64,000 nt of DNA, taken from NCBI GenBank assembly GCA_963770025.1, contig CAVYNV010000002.1:17818-81817 (forward strand). Direction: 5' to 3'. The position numbers were made by a program, and so were the translations under genes. Each line of letters opens with the position of its first letter. Position 1 is the stretch's first letter. This DNA comes from an uncultured Gemmatimonadales bacterium (GTDB taxonomy: Bacteria > Gemmatimonadota > Gemmatimonadetes > Gemmatimonadales > Gemmatimonadaceae). Below are positions 22,807 to 32,612 of the stretch, piece by piece. The notes under the pieces are model-generated. The model ran no database searches and had not been told where the DNA came from. It was given only the letters and a program-made list of their open reading frames with translations.

Positions 22807-24738
22807 CTACTTCTTGTCGTCCACGATCTCGTAGTCCGCCTCGACCGCGTCGTCGGGCTTTGCGCCGCCCGGCGGCGTGGCTCCCCCGGTCTCCGGGGCG
22901 ACGCCAGGGCCGCCCGCGGCTCCCCCCTGCTGTTGGTACAGCGATTGGCCGGCCTCGCTATACGCGCGAGACAACTCTTCCTGCGCCGAGCGGATCTCGG
23001 TCTCGTTATCTCCGCGCAGCGCCGTCCGAGCCCGCTCGACCGCGGTATCGAGCCGCGATTTCAGCTCGCCCGACAGCCGGTCGGACCATTCTTTGGCGTT
23101 CTTCTCGACTTCATAGGTCATGCTGTCGAGCCGGTTCCGGGCATCGATCGACTCCCGGCGCTTCTTGTCCTCACTGGCGTTCTTCTCCGCGTCCTTGACC
23201 ATGCGGTCGATCTCGGCCTCGGAGAGCCCGCTCGACGCCTCGATCCGAATCTTCTGCTCCTTGCCCGTGGCCTTATCCTTCGCGGTCACGTGCAGGATCC
23301 CGTTGGCGTCGATGTCGAACGTGACCTCGACCTGCGGCATCCCGCGCGGGGCCGGCGGAATTCCCGTCAGCTGGAACTTGCCGATCGTCTTGTTGTACAC
23401 GGCAAGCTCGCGCTCGCCCTGCAGGACGTGGATCTCCACGGTCGTCTGATTGTCGTCCGCCGTCGAGAATACCTCCGTCTTCTTCGTCGGGATGGTCGTG
23501 TTCCGCGGGATGAGCACCGTCGTCACGCCACCCAGCGTCTCGATGCCCAACGACAGCGGCGTCACGTCGAGCAGCAGAACGTCCTTCTGCTCGCCGGTCA
23601 GCACCGCGCCCTGCACCGCGGCGCCGATCGCGACGACCTCGTCGGGATTGACGCTCTTGTTCGGCTCCTTGCCGAAGAACTTGCGGACGATCTCCTGCAC
23701 CTTGGGCATCCGCGTCTGGCCGCCGACCAGGATCACCTCATCGATGTCGGACAGCGTGATCCCGGAGTCCTTCAGCGCCTTCTCCATCGGTGGAATCGTC
23801 CGCTGGATGAGATCATCGACCAACTGCTCGAGCTTGGCGCGGCTGAGGGTGATGTTGAGGTGCTTCGGTCCCGTCTGATCCGCCGTGATGAACGGCAGGT
23901 TGATGTCCGTCGATTGCGCGCTCGACAGCTCGATCTTGGCCTTCTCGGCCGCTTCCTTGAGCCGCTGGAGCGCCATCGGGTCCTTCGAAAGATCGATGCC
24001 CTGATCGCGCTTGAACTCCGCGACCAGCCAATCGATCACGCGCTGGTCGAAGTCATCGCCGCCGAGATGCGTGTCGCCGTTGGTGCTCTTGACCTCGAAT
24101 TGCCGCGAGCCTTCGACATCGTAGAGCTCGAGCACGGAGATGTCGTACGTCCCGCCGCCGAGATCGAACACGGCCACTTTCTCATCCTTCTTCTTGTCCA
24201 GCCCGTATGCGAGCGCCGCGGCCGTCGGCTCGTTGATGATCCGGAGCACGTCCAGTCCGGCGATCTTCCCCGCGTCCTTGGTCGCTTGGCGCTGCGAGTC
24301 GTTGAAGTAGGCCGGCACCGTGACGACGGCCTTCTCGACCTTGTGCCCCAGGTAATCCTCGGCCGTCTGCTTCATCTTCTGGAGGATCATGGCCGAGATC
24401 TCCGGGGGCGTATACCGCTTCCCCTGTACCTCGACGACCGCGAGATCGTTCTTCCCCGCGACGACCTTGTATGGAACGCGCTTCACCTCGTCCTGGACCT
24501 CCGCGAGCTTGCGTCCCATGAACCGCTTGATCGAGAACACCGTGTTCTGCGGGTTCGTCACGGCTTGCCGCTTGGCGATCTGCCCCACCAGCCGCTCCCC
24601 ATCCTTGCTGAACCCGACCACGGACGGCGTCGTCCGTCCGCCCTCGGCGTTCGGGATCACGACCGGGTCGCCCCCTTCCATGACCGCTACCACCGAGTTC
24701 GTCGTTCCGAGGTCGATCCCGATAACTTTGTCTGCCAT
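22807..24738 (-). CDS. dnaK: molecular chaperone DnaK (Hsp70)
   Basis: [45 protein letters not shown], and a C-terminal [11 protein letters not shown]. The start is ATG 24738, preceded by AAGAGG. No grpE or dnaJ is adjacent. Confidence 0.98.
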   Translation of the reverse strand: MADKVIGIDLGTTNSVVAVMEGGDPVVIPNAEGGRTTPSVVGFSKDGERLVGQIAKRQAVTNPQNTVFSIKRFMGRKLAEVQDEVKRVPYKVVAGKNDLAVVEVQGKRYTPPEISAMILQKMKQTAEDYLGHKVEKAVVTVPAYFNDSQRQATKDAGKIAGLDVLRIINEPTAAALAYGLDKKKDEKVAVFDLGGGTYDISVLELYDVEGSRQFEVKSTNGDTHLGGDDFDQRVIDWLVAEFKRDQGIDLSKDPMALQRLKEAAEKAKIELSSAQSTDINLPFITADQTGPKHLNITLSRAKLEQLVDDLIQRTIPPMEKALKDSGITLSDIDEVILVGGQTRMPKVQEIVRKFFGKEPNKSVNPDEVVAIGAAVQGAVLTGEQKDVLLLDVTPLSLGIETLGGVTTVLIPRNTTIPTKKTEVFSTADDNQTTVEIHVLQGERELAVYNKTIGKFQLTGIPPAPRGMPQVEVTFDIDANGILHVTAKDKATGKEQKIRIEASSGLSEAEIDRMVKDAEKNASEDKKRRESIDARNRLDSMTYEVEKNAKEWSDRLSGELKSRLDTAVERARTALRGDNETEIRSAQEELSRAYSEAGQSLYQQQGGAAGGPGVAPETGGATPPGGAKPDDAVEADYEIVDDKK

Positions 24739-24891
24739 TTCTGCCTCTTTCCGCGTTAAGGATTCCCGCGGGACCCAAGACGCCCCGCTCCAATCCGTGA
24801 CCTTCGTGGTGCCCTTCCTGTGCAATGCTAGTACCCGGTGGAAGTGTCAAAGTGGCATGAATCGGCTCCATTCAGGACATGAAATGGCAGC

Positions 24892-25644
24892 ATGATACCG
24901 ATCGGCGACGACAATCCGACATATCGAATGCCCGTCATGACATATCTGCTCGTCGCGGCAAACGTGGCCGTGTGGGTGGGTGTCGAGCATGCGGGGCTGG
25001 ATGGGCGCTGGCTGGCGTCAACGGTATGTGATCTGGGGATGGTACCGGGGGAGATCACGCGCCTGGCGCCCGTTGGGCAGGCGGTCCCGATCGGCGAGGG
25101 CCTCTCGTGCGTTGTCGACCGCGACGCGATCAACATCCTGACGCCGTTCATCGCAATGTTCCTGCACGGCGGCTGGCTGCACCTGATCGGTAACATGTTG
25201 TATCTGTGGATTTTCGGGAAAAACGTCGAGGATGCCATGGGGCGCGGGCGATTCCTCGCGTTCTATCTGATCTGCGGGCTCGTGGCCGCCGCGGCGCATA
25301 TCGCCGCTGACCCGGCATCCCCGATACCGATGGTCGGGGCATCGGGGGCGATCTCGGGCGTGTTGGGCGCGTATCTCCTGCTCTATCCGACGACTTACGT
25401 ACGTATGTTCGTCTTCGTCTTCATCGTGCGCGTACGAGCGTGGGCGGTGCTGCTGTACTGGTTCGTCTTGCAGGCGATTGGCGGGATCGACGACCTCAAC
25501 CAGTTGCGCCCCGGCGTATCGTCCGGAGTGGCCGTATGGGCGCATGTCGGGGGCTTCCTCGCCGGCCTCATCCTGGTGCGGTTTTTCGTGAATACGGATC
25601 TCGTCCAGCAGCGCGCCGAGGCGTTGCACGCCGGGACCCACTAG
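24892..25644 (+). CDS. rhomboid family intramembrane serine protease
   Basis: HGGWLHLIGNMLYLWIFG and the catalytic GASGAISGVLGAY, with a conserved downstream His (AHVGGFLAG). It has multiple TM segments. Confidence 0.88.
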   Translation: MIPIGDDNPTYRMPVMTYLLVAANVAVWVGVEHAGLDGRWLASTVCDLGMVPGEITRLAPVGQAVPIGEGLSCVVDRDAINILTPFIAMFLHGGWLHLIGNMLYLWIFGKNVEDAMGRGRFLAFYLICGLVAAAAHIAADPASPIPMVGASGAISGVLGAYLLLYPTTYVRMFVFVFIVRVRAWAVLLYWFVLQAIGGIDDLNQLRPGVSSGVAVWAHVGGFLAGLILVRFFVNTDLVQQRAEALHAGTH

Positions 25645-25654
25645 ACTCCTTGGA

Positions 25655-27832
25655 ATGCCCGGAACGTCGTCGCCCCCTGACCCGCGCCATTTCCTGAATC
25701 GAGAGCTGAGCTGGCTCGAATTCAACGCGCGCGTCCTGCACGAGGCGTTCGATGAGAGAAACGCGCTCCTCGAGCGGCTCAAATTCCTGGCGATCTACAG
25801 CGCGAACCTGGACGAGTTCTACATGGTCCGGGTCGCGGGCCTGCGGCGCCAGGTCCGGGGCGGTGTGACGCAGACGACGCCGGACGGCATGACGCCGTCC
25901 GAGCAGTTGACGGCCATCACACGGCGAGTCGAGGAGCAGTTGGCAGCGGTTCGGGTCTGCCTCCACCGGCACCTGCTTCCGGCGCTCGCCGAGCAGGGTG
26001 TGCGACTGGTGTCGATGGCCGATCTGACGCCGGCGGAATGGGACACTGTGGACCGGTTCTTCGAATCGCAGATCTTTCCCGTCCTGACGCCGCTGGCGGT
26101 CGACCCGGGGCATCCCTTCCCCTACATCTCGAATCTGTCGCTGTCGCTGGCAGTCGAGATCCGCGATCCCGTCAAGGGCGCCGACCACTTCGCGCGGGTG
26201 AAGGTACCGAAGAGCCTGCCGCGCTGGGTGCCCTTCGGTCGCCCGAACGAGTTCGTCCCCCTCGAGCAGGTGATCGGCGCGAACCTCGGCGCGCTGTTTC
26301 CGGGGATGGAAGTTCTGGGGTGGCACGCGTTCCGGGTGACCAGGTATTCGGATCTCGATCTCGCCAACACGGATGAGTCGGAGGATCTCCTCGAGCTGAT
26401 CGAGCAGCAGGTCTTCGAGCGGCGGTTCAGCGAGGTGGTTCGCCTGGAGGTCCAGGACACGATGCCGACGCATCTCCGGAGCCTTCTCCTGGACGAGCTC
26501 CGCGAGGATCAGGCGGCAGAGCTGCCGCCCCTCACGGAACACGACGTGCAGCTCGCGGGAGCGCTGCTGGACCTGGGCGATCTCATGGCGATCGCGACCC
26601 TCGACATCCCGGAGCTGCGCGACCCGCCCTTCACGCCGAGCGTGCCGGTGGAGTTTCGCGACGGCGCGGCCGCCGGAACGGGCGGGCTGCCGGCACGGTC
26701 GATGTTCGACGCGATCCGCGAGCGCGACATCCTCGTCCACCACCCCTACGATTCCTTCACGGCGTCGGTCGAGCAGTTCCTGACCGCCGCCGCCGAGGAT
26801 CCGAACGTGCTCGCGGTCAAGCTGACGCTCTACCGCACGTCGGGGGATACGGCCATCGTGCGGTCGTTGATCGATTCGGCGCAGCAGGGGAAACAGGTTG
26901 CGGTTCTGGTCGAGCTGCAGGCGCGAGGCGATGAGACGAACAACATCACATGGGCGCGCGCACTCGAGAACGCGGGAGTGCACGTCGCCTACGGCCTCCC
27001 CGGTCTCAAGACGCACGCCAAGACGGTCCTCATCGTCCGTCGCGAAACGGATGGTATCCGGCGATACGTGCATCTCGGCACGGGGAACTACAACAGCAAG
27101 ACCGCGCGCACGTACGAAGACATCGGACTGTTCACGGCGAGCCCGTCCATCGGAGCGGACGTCAGCGACCTGTTCAACTCCCTGACGGGATACTCGCGGC
27201 AGCGCCTGTATCGGAAGCTGCTGGTCGCCCCGGCGAACCTGCGGGCCCGCATCATCGAGCTGATCGACCGTGAGGCCGCGTTCGCGCGGGAGGGGCAGGG
27301 CGGCCGCATCATCGCGAAAATGAACTCACTCGTCGACACGGACGCGATCGAGGCGCTGTACCGCGCCTCGCAGGCAGGCGTGGAGATCGATCTCATCGTC
27401 CGTGGGATCTGCTGTCTCCGGCCGGGCGTGCCGGGGCTCAGCGACCGGATTCGGACGATCAGCATCGTCGGTCGCTTCCTCGAGCACTCGCGTCTCTGGT
27501 ATTTCGCGAACGGCGCGACGCCGGAGTACTACATCGGGTCGGCCGACTGGATGCCGCGCAACCTCGACCGCCGGGTCGAGGCGGTGACGCCGGTGGAGGA
27601 CGGCGCGCTCCACGGGCGGCTGTCGGCGCTGCTCCAGACCTGCCTCACCGACAACCGCAGCGCGTGGGAATTGAGCGCGGCTGGGGCGTATCGTCAGCGG
27701 GCGCCGGGGGAGGCGCCCGAGCGCCGGGCGCAGGATATTCTGCAACGCGATCCGTGGGGACGCGTTGCGGAGCCGGCACGGGCCCCGTTGGCGACCCATC
27801 CCCGGGCGCACGCGCAGGCGGCGGCGGACTAG
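25655..27832 (+). CDS. ppk: polyphosphate kinase 1
   Basis: FLNRELSWLEFNARVL, IYSANLDEFYMVRV, the phospho-His region KTHAKTVLIVR, and two PLD-like HKD-type motifs. Confidence 0.96.
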   Translation: MPGTSSPPDPRHFLNRELSWLEFNARVLHEAFDERNALLERLKFLAIYSANLDEFYMVRVAGLRRQVRGGVTQTTPDGMTPSEQLTAITRRVEEQLAAVRVCLHRHLLPALAEQGVRLVSMADLTPAEWDTVDRFFESQIFPVLTPLAVDPGHPFPYISNLSLSLAVEIRDPVKGADHFARVKVPKSLPRWVPFGRPNEFVPLEQVIGANLGALFPGMEVLGWHAFRVTRYSDLDLANTDESEDLLELIEQQVFERRFSEVVRLEVQDTMPTHLRSLLLDELREDQAAELPPLTEHDVQLAGALLDLGDLMAIATLDIPELRDPPFTPSVPVEFRDGAAAGTGGLPARSMFDAIRERDILVHHPYDSFTASVEQFLTAAAEDPNVLAVKLTLYRTSGDTAIVRSLIDSAQQGKQVAVLVELQARGDETNNITWARALENAGVHVAYGLPGLKTHAKTVLIVRRETDGIRRYVHLGTGNYNSKTARTYEDIGLFTASPSIGADVSDLFNSLTGYSRQRLYRKLLVAPANLRARIIELIDREAAFAREGQGGRIIAKMNSLVDTDAIEALYRASQAGVEIDLIVRGICCLRPGVPGLSDRIRTISIVGRFLEHSRLWYFANGATPEYYIGSADWMPRNLDRRVEAVTPVEDGALHGRLSALLQTCLTDNRSAWELSAAGAYRQRAPGEAPERRAQDILQRDPWGRVAEPARAPLATHPRAHAQAAAD

Positions 27833-27864
27833 CGCAGCGCCCCGTCGCGCGCGCCGAGGCGGCG

Positions 27865-29160
27865 TCAGCGAAAGGTGCCCGGACTCACGTCGTAGACGCG
27901 CTGGCGGATACCAACCTCCGCCTCGGGGCGCCAGAAGCCCAGCTGGCCGGCCCAGCGCACATCGCGAAAGCGGCGGCCGCCCACGGTGAGGAAGCCGGCC
28001 GCGCGCGTGGTGACGACCCCGAAGCGCCGCAGATCGGACAACTGTGTGATCACCGCGGCACCCCGGGCGCCGACGATGCGCCGGGCCGAGACCGGCCCGA
28101 TTCCCGGAACGCGCACGAGGTCTTCATACGCCGCGCGGCGCAGATCGACCGGGAACCGCTCGGGATGCGCCAGCGCCCACGCCGTCTTGGGATCCACGTC
28201 GAGCGGGAGATTGCCCAGGGCGTCGTAGACGACCTCGTCGGCGCCGAAGCCGTAGGTCCGCAGGAGATAGTCCGTCTGATACAACCGGTGCTCGCGCAGC
28301 GCAGGCGTCGCCCGCACGTGCTCCATCGGTGTGTCGCGAATCGGTCGGAAGGCACTGAAGTGTGCGTGGTGGATGCCGCCAGCGTCATACAGCTCGGACA
28401 CCTTTCCGAGGATCGTGCGGTCCGGATCGGGGGTCGCGCCGACGACGAATTGCATCGTCATGCCGGCGGCGCCACCCGGGCGCAGCTGATCCCGGGGCTT
28501 TCCGTCCGACTCCTCGGCCCATTCGCGGAGCACGAGCGTGCGCGCCTGCTCGAGCGACGTCACGGTCCCCGCGAAGCTCTTGTCCGGCGCGATCTGGGCG
28601 AGGCTCGCGCCGCACGCCGCCTCGAGATTGATCGAGACGCGGCTGGCCAGCTGCGTCAGCCGCTCGATCTGCGCCGGATCGCCGCCGGGCACCATCTTGA
28701 CGTGGATGTAGCCGCGGAACGCGTGCCGCTCGCGCAGCAATGTCAGGGTCTCGATCAGGTCATCCATCACGGCGACGGGCCGGCCCGGGATGCCCGTCGT
28801 AATGAACAACCCCTCACACCAGCCGCGCTGCCGCGCGGCGAGGAACATGCGCACGAGCTCCGCGGGCTTGAGCAAGGTCCGCGGCATCGCCCGGTCGCGG
28901 CGCATGGGGCAGTAGTGGCAGTTGAACGAGCACGCGTTGGTCATGAGGACACGCATGAGCGTCGTGCGTCGGCCCCCAGCCATGCGCACCGTCCGGAGAT
29001 TGAGCGGGCGCAGGGCGCCGACATCCTGCGTGTGCCGGAGGCGGGGTGGCAGTCCATCGCGATCATCCGCCGCCATGGCCATCAACACCGCGAGCTTCTG
29101 CTCGAGACTCTGTGCGCGCGCCACGCCGCCAATGTACCCGAACATATACCGAAACTGCAA
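27865..29160 (-). CDS. radical SAM protein of the putative DNA modification/repair type, with a C-terminal helix-hairpin-helix
   Basis: CxxxCxxC cluster NACSFNCHYCPMRR, a TIM-barrel-like middle region, and a C-terminal HhH LVRVPGIGPVSARRIV. By recollection this resembles the TIGR03916-type family. No search was run. Confidence 0.7.
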   Translation of the reverse strand: MQFRYMFGYIGGVARAQSLEQKLAVLMAMAADDRDGLPPRLRHTQDVGALRPLNLRTVRMAGGRRTTLMRVLMTNACSFNCHYCPMRRDRAMPRTLLKPAELVRMFLAARQRGWCEGLFITTGIPGRPVAVMDDLIETLTLLRERHAFRGYIHVKMVPGGDPAQIERLTQLASRVSINLEAACGASLAQIAPDKSFAGTVTSLEQARTLVLREWAEESDGKPRDQLRPGGAAGMTMQFVVGATPDPDRTILGKVSELYDAGGIHHAHFSAFRPIRDTPMEHVRATPALREHRLYQTDYLLRTYGFGADEVVYDALGNLPLDVDPKTAWALAHPERFPVDLRRAAYEDLVRVPGIGPVSARRIVGARGAAVITQLSDLRRFGVVTTRAAGFLTVGGRRFRDVRWAGQLGFWRPEAEVGIRQRVYDVSPGTFR

Positions 29161-29231
29161 GGGGAGCGGTGCGGGTGGGTGGTGGGGGGGGCGCGCAGCG
29201 TGGGCGGGGTTGGTAGGGGCGCCGTGCTATG

Positions 29232-29284
29232 GCGGGCGGCCTGAACGCGGGCGGCCCGAAGGCGGGCGGCCTGAAGGCCGCCCC
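29232..29284. repeat. 15-bp tandem repeat x3.5 (GCGGGCGGCCYGAAS)
   Basis: gcgggcggcctgaac / gcgggcggcccgaag / gcgggcggcctgaag / gccgcccc. The last unit forms GGGCGGCC-TGAA-GGCCGCCC. The array is bracketed by GGTAGGGGCG (29211-29220) and CGCCCCTACC (29278-29287). Confidence 0.85.
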
Positions 29285-29288
29285 TACC

Positions 29289-29332
29289 GGGGACATCGAA
29301 TAGGGCGCTAAGCGCCCCTATTCAATGTCCCC
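29289..29332 (-). terminator. 20-bp stem-loop overlapping the ppx stop codon
   Basis: GGGGACATCGAATAGGGCGC-TAA-GCGCCCCTATTCAATGTCCCC, with one mismatch and one bulge. The right arm encodes the last ppx codons (GDIE*). Confidence 0.55.
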
Positions 29333-30937
29333 TACGTCATCGTCGGGGGTGATCACCTTGCCGTCCGGGGCGACGATCTCGACCGCGACGCCGGCCACCT
29401 GCGCCAACAGGTGCGCCTTGCGGGCGGCGCCCCACAGCTCGAGTCGAATCGAGGCGCCGGGCGTCGTCGGCGTCGCCGTGATGCGCATCGCACGCCCCAG
29501 CCAGCGCACGCGAATCCGGGCGACGGCGGCCGCGTGGCCGCGATCAAACCCGTCGGCGACGCGCAGGATCGCCGCGAGCCGCTTGATCCGGCGCCGCAGC
29601 GTCTTGTCGAGGGAGCCGTAATTGAGGTGCTTTTTCTTCGGCTCGGCGCCGCGATGATACCGGGCGACGTTCGCCACGATCACCTGCTCCTCCGGCGACA
29701 TCCCCAGCAACTCGGCGTGCAGGATGAGGTGGTAGGAGTGCTTCTCGTGCTTGTGATAGTTGATGTGGTAGCCGATGTCGTGCAGCAGCGCGGCGTCCGC
29801 GAGAAGGTCGCGGTCACCCGCGCCCAACCCCAGTCGCTCCCCGATCGTGTCGAACAGCTGCAGCGCGAGCAGCTGGACGTGCCGCCCGTGGGGCGCGTCG
29901 AAATGCGAGCGCGCGGCGAGCTCCTGGACCGATCGGGCGCGTGCCTCACCCGGGTCCGCCACCGTGGGGGTCACGCGCGCCGCTTCGAGCAGGACTCCCT
30001 CGCGGATTCCGTACGCGGACACGACCACGTCGCGGGCATCGACGCGTCCCATGACCTCGGCCACGACGGCGAGCCCCGCCACGATGATGTCGGCGCGCTG
30101 CGGGTTGAGGCCGGGCACGGCGGTGCGCTCCGTCAGCGTCATGTCCTGGAGCGCGTCGAGCAGGTGCTCGAGCTCATCGCGGGGCACGCGTGTGCCGTGC
30201 ACGGTGCGCGCCGTGCCGACCTGGCGCCGGGCCAGGTACATCCCGGCGAGGTTGGTGAAGGTCCCGCCCGAGCCGATGACGCGGGCACCGCGCCAATCCC
30301 GCACGGGGAGCTCGATCCGCAACACCTCCCGCACGGCGCGGCGGAGCTTCGTGATCCCCTGGCGGATCGGGCGACCGGCGCTCGCGCCGTTCTGTCCGGT
30401 GGCGCCGCCCAGGTACTCCTCGGTCATGCGGATGGCGCCGAACGGAAGCGAGCACAGGCGGTCGAGCAGGCCGTCGGCGCTCAGCGCCAGCTCCACCGAA
30501 CCGCCGCCGATATCCATCACGACCCAGCGTCCGACCCCCAGGTCGAAATGGGCCAGGGCGCTCCGGAAGGTGAGCCGCGCCTCCGCCTCGCCATCGAGCG
30601 CGCGGACGCGCAGCCCCGTCTCGCGCCCGACGCTCTCCAGAAACTCGCGGCCGTTGGCGGCATCGCGGACGGCGCTCGTCGCGACGGCCTCGATGCGCGC
30701 CGCCCCCAGCTGCCGTGCCAGCGTCGCCATTCGGGCCAGCGCGTCGAGCGCGCTCCGCATCGACTCGGCGCCCATCGCGCCCGTTCCCGCTACTCCCGTG
30801 CCGAGCCGGGGCTGCGCCTTCAGCTCGTCCACCACACGGATCGCGCCACTATCGGAGACGTTGGCGACGATCTGTCGGATCGAGTTCGATCCGATATCAA
30901 TGGCCGCGACGCGTACCGCCCCGGCCCCGTTGTCCAC
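29318..30937 (-). CDS. ppx: exopolyphosphatase / guanosine pentaphosphate phosphohydrolase (Ppx/GppA) with C-terminal HD domain
   Basis: AAIDIGSNSIRQIV, DIGGGSVEL, and the HD region LLHDIGYHINYHKHEKHSYHLI. Confidence 0.93.
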   Translation of the reverse strand: MDNGAGAVRVAAIDIGSNSIRQIVANVSDSGAIRVVDELKAQPRLGTGVAGTGAMGAESMRSALDALARMATLARQLGAARIEAVATSAVRDAANGREFLESVGRETGLRVRALDGEAEARLTFRSALAHFDLGVGRWVVMDIGGGSVELALSADGLLDRLCSLPFGAIRMTEEYLGGATGQNGASAGRPIRQGITKLRRAVREVLRIELPVRDWRGARVIGSGGTFTNLAGMYLARRQVGTARTVHGTRVPRDELEHLLDALQDMTLTERTAVPGLNPQRADIIVAGLAVVAEVMGRVDARDVVVSAYGIREGVLLEAARVTPTVADPGEARARSVQELAARSHFDAPHGRHVQLLALQLFDTIGERLGLGAGDRDLLADAALLHDIGYHINYHKHEKHSYHLILHAELLGMSPEEQVIVANVARYHRGAEPKKKHLNYGSLDKTLRRRIKRLAAILRVADGFDRGHAAAVARIRVRWLGRAMRITATPTTPGASIRLELWGAARKAHLLAQVAGVAVEIVAPDGKVITPDDDVGDIE

Positions 30938-30942
30938 GCGCG

Positions 30943-31755
30943 CTAGCGCTCGGGTGGCGACTCGACCGATGGCAGTCGTTCGCGCTCCCGCTGCTCGAAG
31001 CGATGCTTGATCTGCTTCCCCTCCGCGAGGAACACGGCGTCCTCGCCGATGTTGGTCGCCAGGTCAGCCACTCGCTCCAAATTACGACCGACGAGGATCA
31101 ATTCCAAGGAGGGCGTGATGGCGCGCGCATCGGCCATCATATGCGTCAGCAATATCCGGAACACCGAGTTCAGCAGCGCGTCGACCGCGTCGTCGGCGGC
31201 GCACACCTCGCGTCCGAGCGCACCGTCCCCGCGCACGAAGGCGTCGAGCGCGTCGCTCAGCATCCCGCGCGCGCGCCGCGCCATATCCTCGATCTCGGGC
31301 TCGGGCGTGATCGTCGACCGCATGGAGATCAGGCGCATCGCGCATTGCGCGATGTTGACCGCATGGTCGCCGACCCGCTCGAGATCGCTCGCGATCTTGA
31401 TGGCGCTCACGATGAAGCGAAGATCGCGGGCCATCGGCTGCTGGAGTGCCAACAGCTCGACGGTGAGTCCTTCGATCTCGACCTCGAGGTCGTCGATCTC
31501 GCGATCGCCGGCGATGACCGCATCGGCGCGGTCCTGGTCCGACTTGAGGAGTGCATCGACCGCCAGCTCCACGAGTCCTTCGGCGCGATCGGACATCGTG
31601 AGCAGGCGCTCGCGGAGCTTGGCGAGCTGCTCGTGGAAGTGGCGGAAGCCCAGGGGACCCGGCGGCGCCGCCGTGAGTCCCGCGGCCGAGTCGAGGGATC
31701 CACTGGCCGAGGAGCCGGGCGATGCCGCGGGAGATGTCGAGGTGGAAGGTATCAT
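30943..31755 (-). CDS. phoU: phosphate signalling complex protein PhoU (with ~35-aa Ser/Pro/Ala-rich N-terminal extension)
   Basis: Two PhoU repeats: [12 protein letters not shown]...[15 protein letters not shown] and DDAVDAL...[19 protein letters not shown] 31755 overlaps the pstB stop (ATGA). A shorter internal start is possible. Confidence 0.85.
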   Translation of the reverse strand: MIPSTSTSPAASPGSSASGSLDSAAGLTAAPPGPLGFRHFHEQLAKLRERLLTMSDRAEGLVELAVDALLKSDQDRADAVIAGDREIDDLEVEIEGLTVELLALQQPMARDLRFIVSAIKIASDLERVGDHAVNIAQCAMRLISMRSTITPEPEIEDMARRARGMLSDALDAFVRGDGALGREVCAADDAVDALLNSVFRILLTHMMADARAITPSLELILVGRNLERVADLATNIGEDAVFLAEGKQIKHRFEQRERERLPSVESPPER

Positions 31756-32612
31756 CCGAACCGTCCAGTGATATACGAGTTGGTGCGCTCCTCGCTCGGC
31801 GCGGTGAAGATGCGGTCCGTGGGGCCCACTTCTACGAGACGACCGAGGTAGAAAAACGCAGTATAATCGCTTGCGCGCGCGGCCTGATGGAGATTGTGGG
31901 TGACGATCACGATGGTCAACTCGCGCTTCAGCTCGTACAGCAGCTCCTCGATCTTCTGGGTGCTGATCGGGTCGAGGGCGCTCGCGGGCTCGTCGAGCAG
32001 GAGGACCTCCGGCTCGTTCGCCAGAGTGCGCGCGATGCAGAGGCGCTGTTGCTGGCCCCCGGACAGCCCGAGGGCGCTCTCGCGGAGACGGTCCTTGACC
32101 TCGTCCCAGAGCGCCGCCCGGCGCAGCGACGTCTCGACGATACGGTCGAGCTCCTGTCGCGGCGGGGACGAGTTGATGCGGGGCCCGTAGGCCACGTTGT
32201 CGTAGATCGATTTGGGAAACGGGTTCCAGCGCTGGAACACCATGCCCACCCAGCGCCGCAGCGCGGTCGGGTCGATGCTCGGGTCGTACACATTGACCCC
32301 ATCGAGCCGGATCTCCCCTTCGTGCCGCGCGCCCGGGAGCGTGTCGTGCATCCGATTGATCGCCCGGAGGAATGTGGACTTGCCGCAGCCGGAGGGGCCG
32401 ATGAGGGCCGTGATCGATCGAACCGGCATCTCGAAGGAGATGTCGGTCAGCGCCTGGTTCTCTCCGTACCAGAAGGAGAAATGGTCTGCCGCGAGCGACG
32501 CCGGCGCCGCGGCCCCGCTCGCGGCCGGGCCCGGCTCGGCGCGGCCGGCCGGGGTGGGGCGCGGCGCGGCCGACGTTGCCGGGCGGGGCGGGAGGGTGGG
32601 CGGAGCCGTCAT
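31752..32612 (-). CDS. pstB: phosphate ABC transporter ATP-binding protein PstB (distal copy)
   Basis: Walker [20 protein letters not shown], signature [13 protein letters not shown], Walker [13 protein letters not shown], and C-terminal SYITGRFG. It has a ~45-aa Pro/Ala-rich N-terminal extension. Confidence 0.95.
   Translation of the reverse strand: MTAPPTLPPRPATSAAPRPTPAGRAEPGPAASGAAAPASLAADHFSFWYGENQALTDISFEMPVRSITALIGPSGCGKSTFLRAINRMHDTLPGARHEGEIRLDGVNVYDPSIDPTALRRWVGMVFQRWNPFPKSIYDNVAYGPRINSSPPRQELDRIVETSLRRAALWDEVKDRLRESALGLSGGQQQRLCIARTLANEPEVLLLDEPASALDPISTQKIEELLYELKRELTIVIVTHNLHQAARASDYTAFFYLGRLVEVGPTDRIFTAPSEERTNSYITGRFG

Noticed and set aside
22726-24759. 677-aa plus-strand ORF antisense to dnaK. 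Similar long antisense or alternate-frame ORFs occur at 2729..4327, 9009..10853, 40950..43496, 50682..53402 and 53426..54601.
   Set aside because: These are typical stop-poor shadow ORFs of high-G+C DNA. Their translations are Arg/Gly/Asp/Pro-rich with no motifs, and each fully overlaps a gene with an unambiguous conserved product.
24739-24891. CIRCE or sigma32 heat-shock element upstream of dnaK
   Set aside because: No TTAGCACTC-N9-GAGTGCTAA-like inverted repeat is present, and there is no convincing CTTGAAA/CCCCAT pair. Only a weak TTGACA-like hexamer without a matching -10 was seen.
29232-29284. Possible CRISPR array (also considered for 54798-54836)
   Set aside because: The repeats are only 13-15 bp and directly abutting with no spacers, and no cas genes are present. 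These are simple tandem repeats.
29063-29296. 77-aa ORF with a PPAFGPPAFRPPA repeat
   Set aside because: The peptide repeat is simply the translation of the 15-bp tandem DNA repeat in the ppx/radical-SAM spacer, and the ORF overlaps the radical SAM start region.
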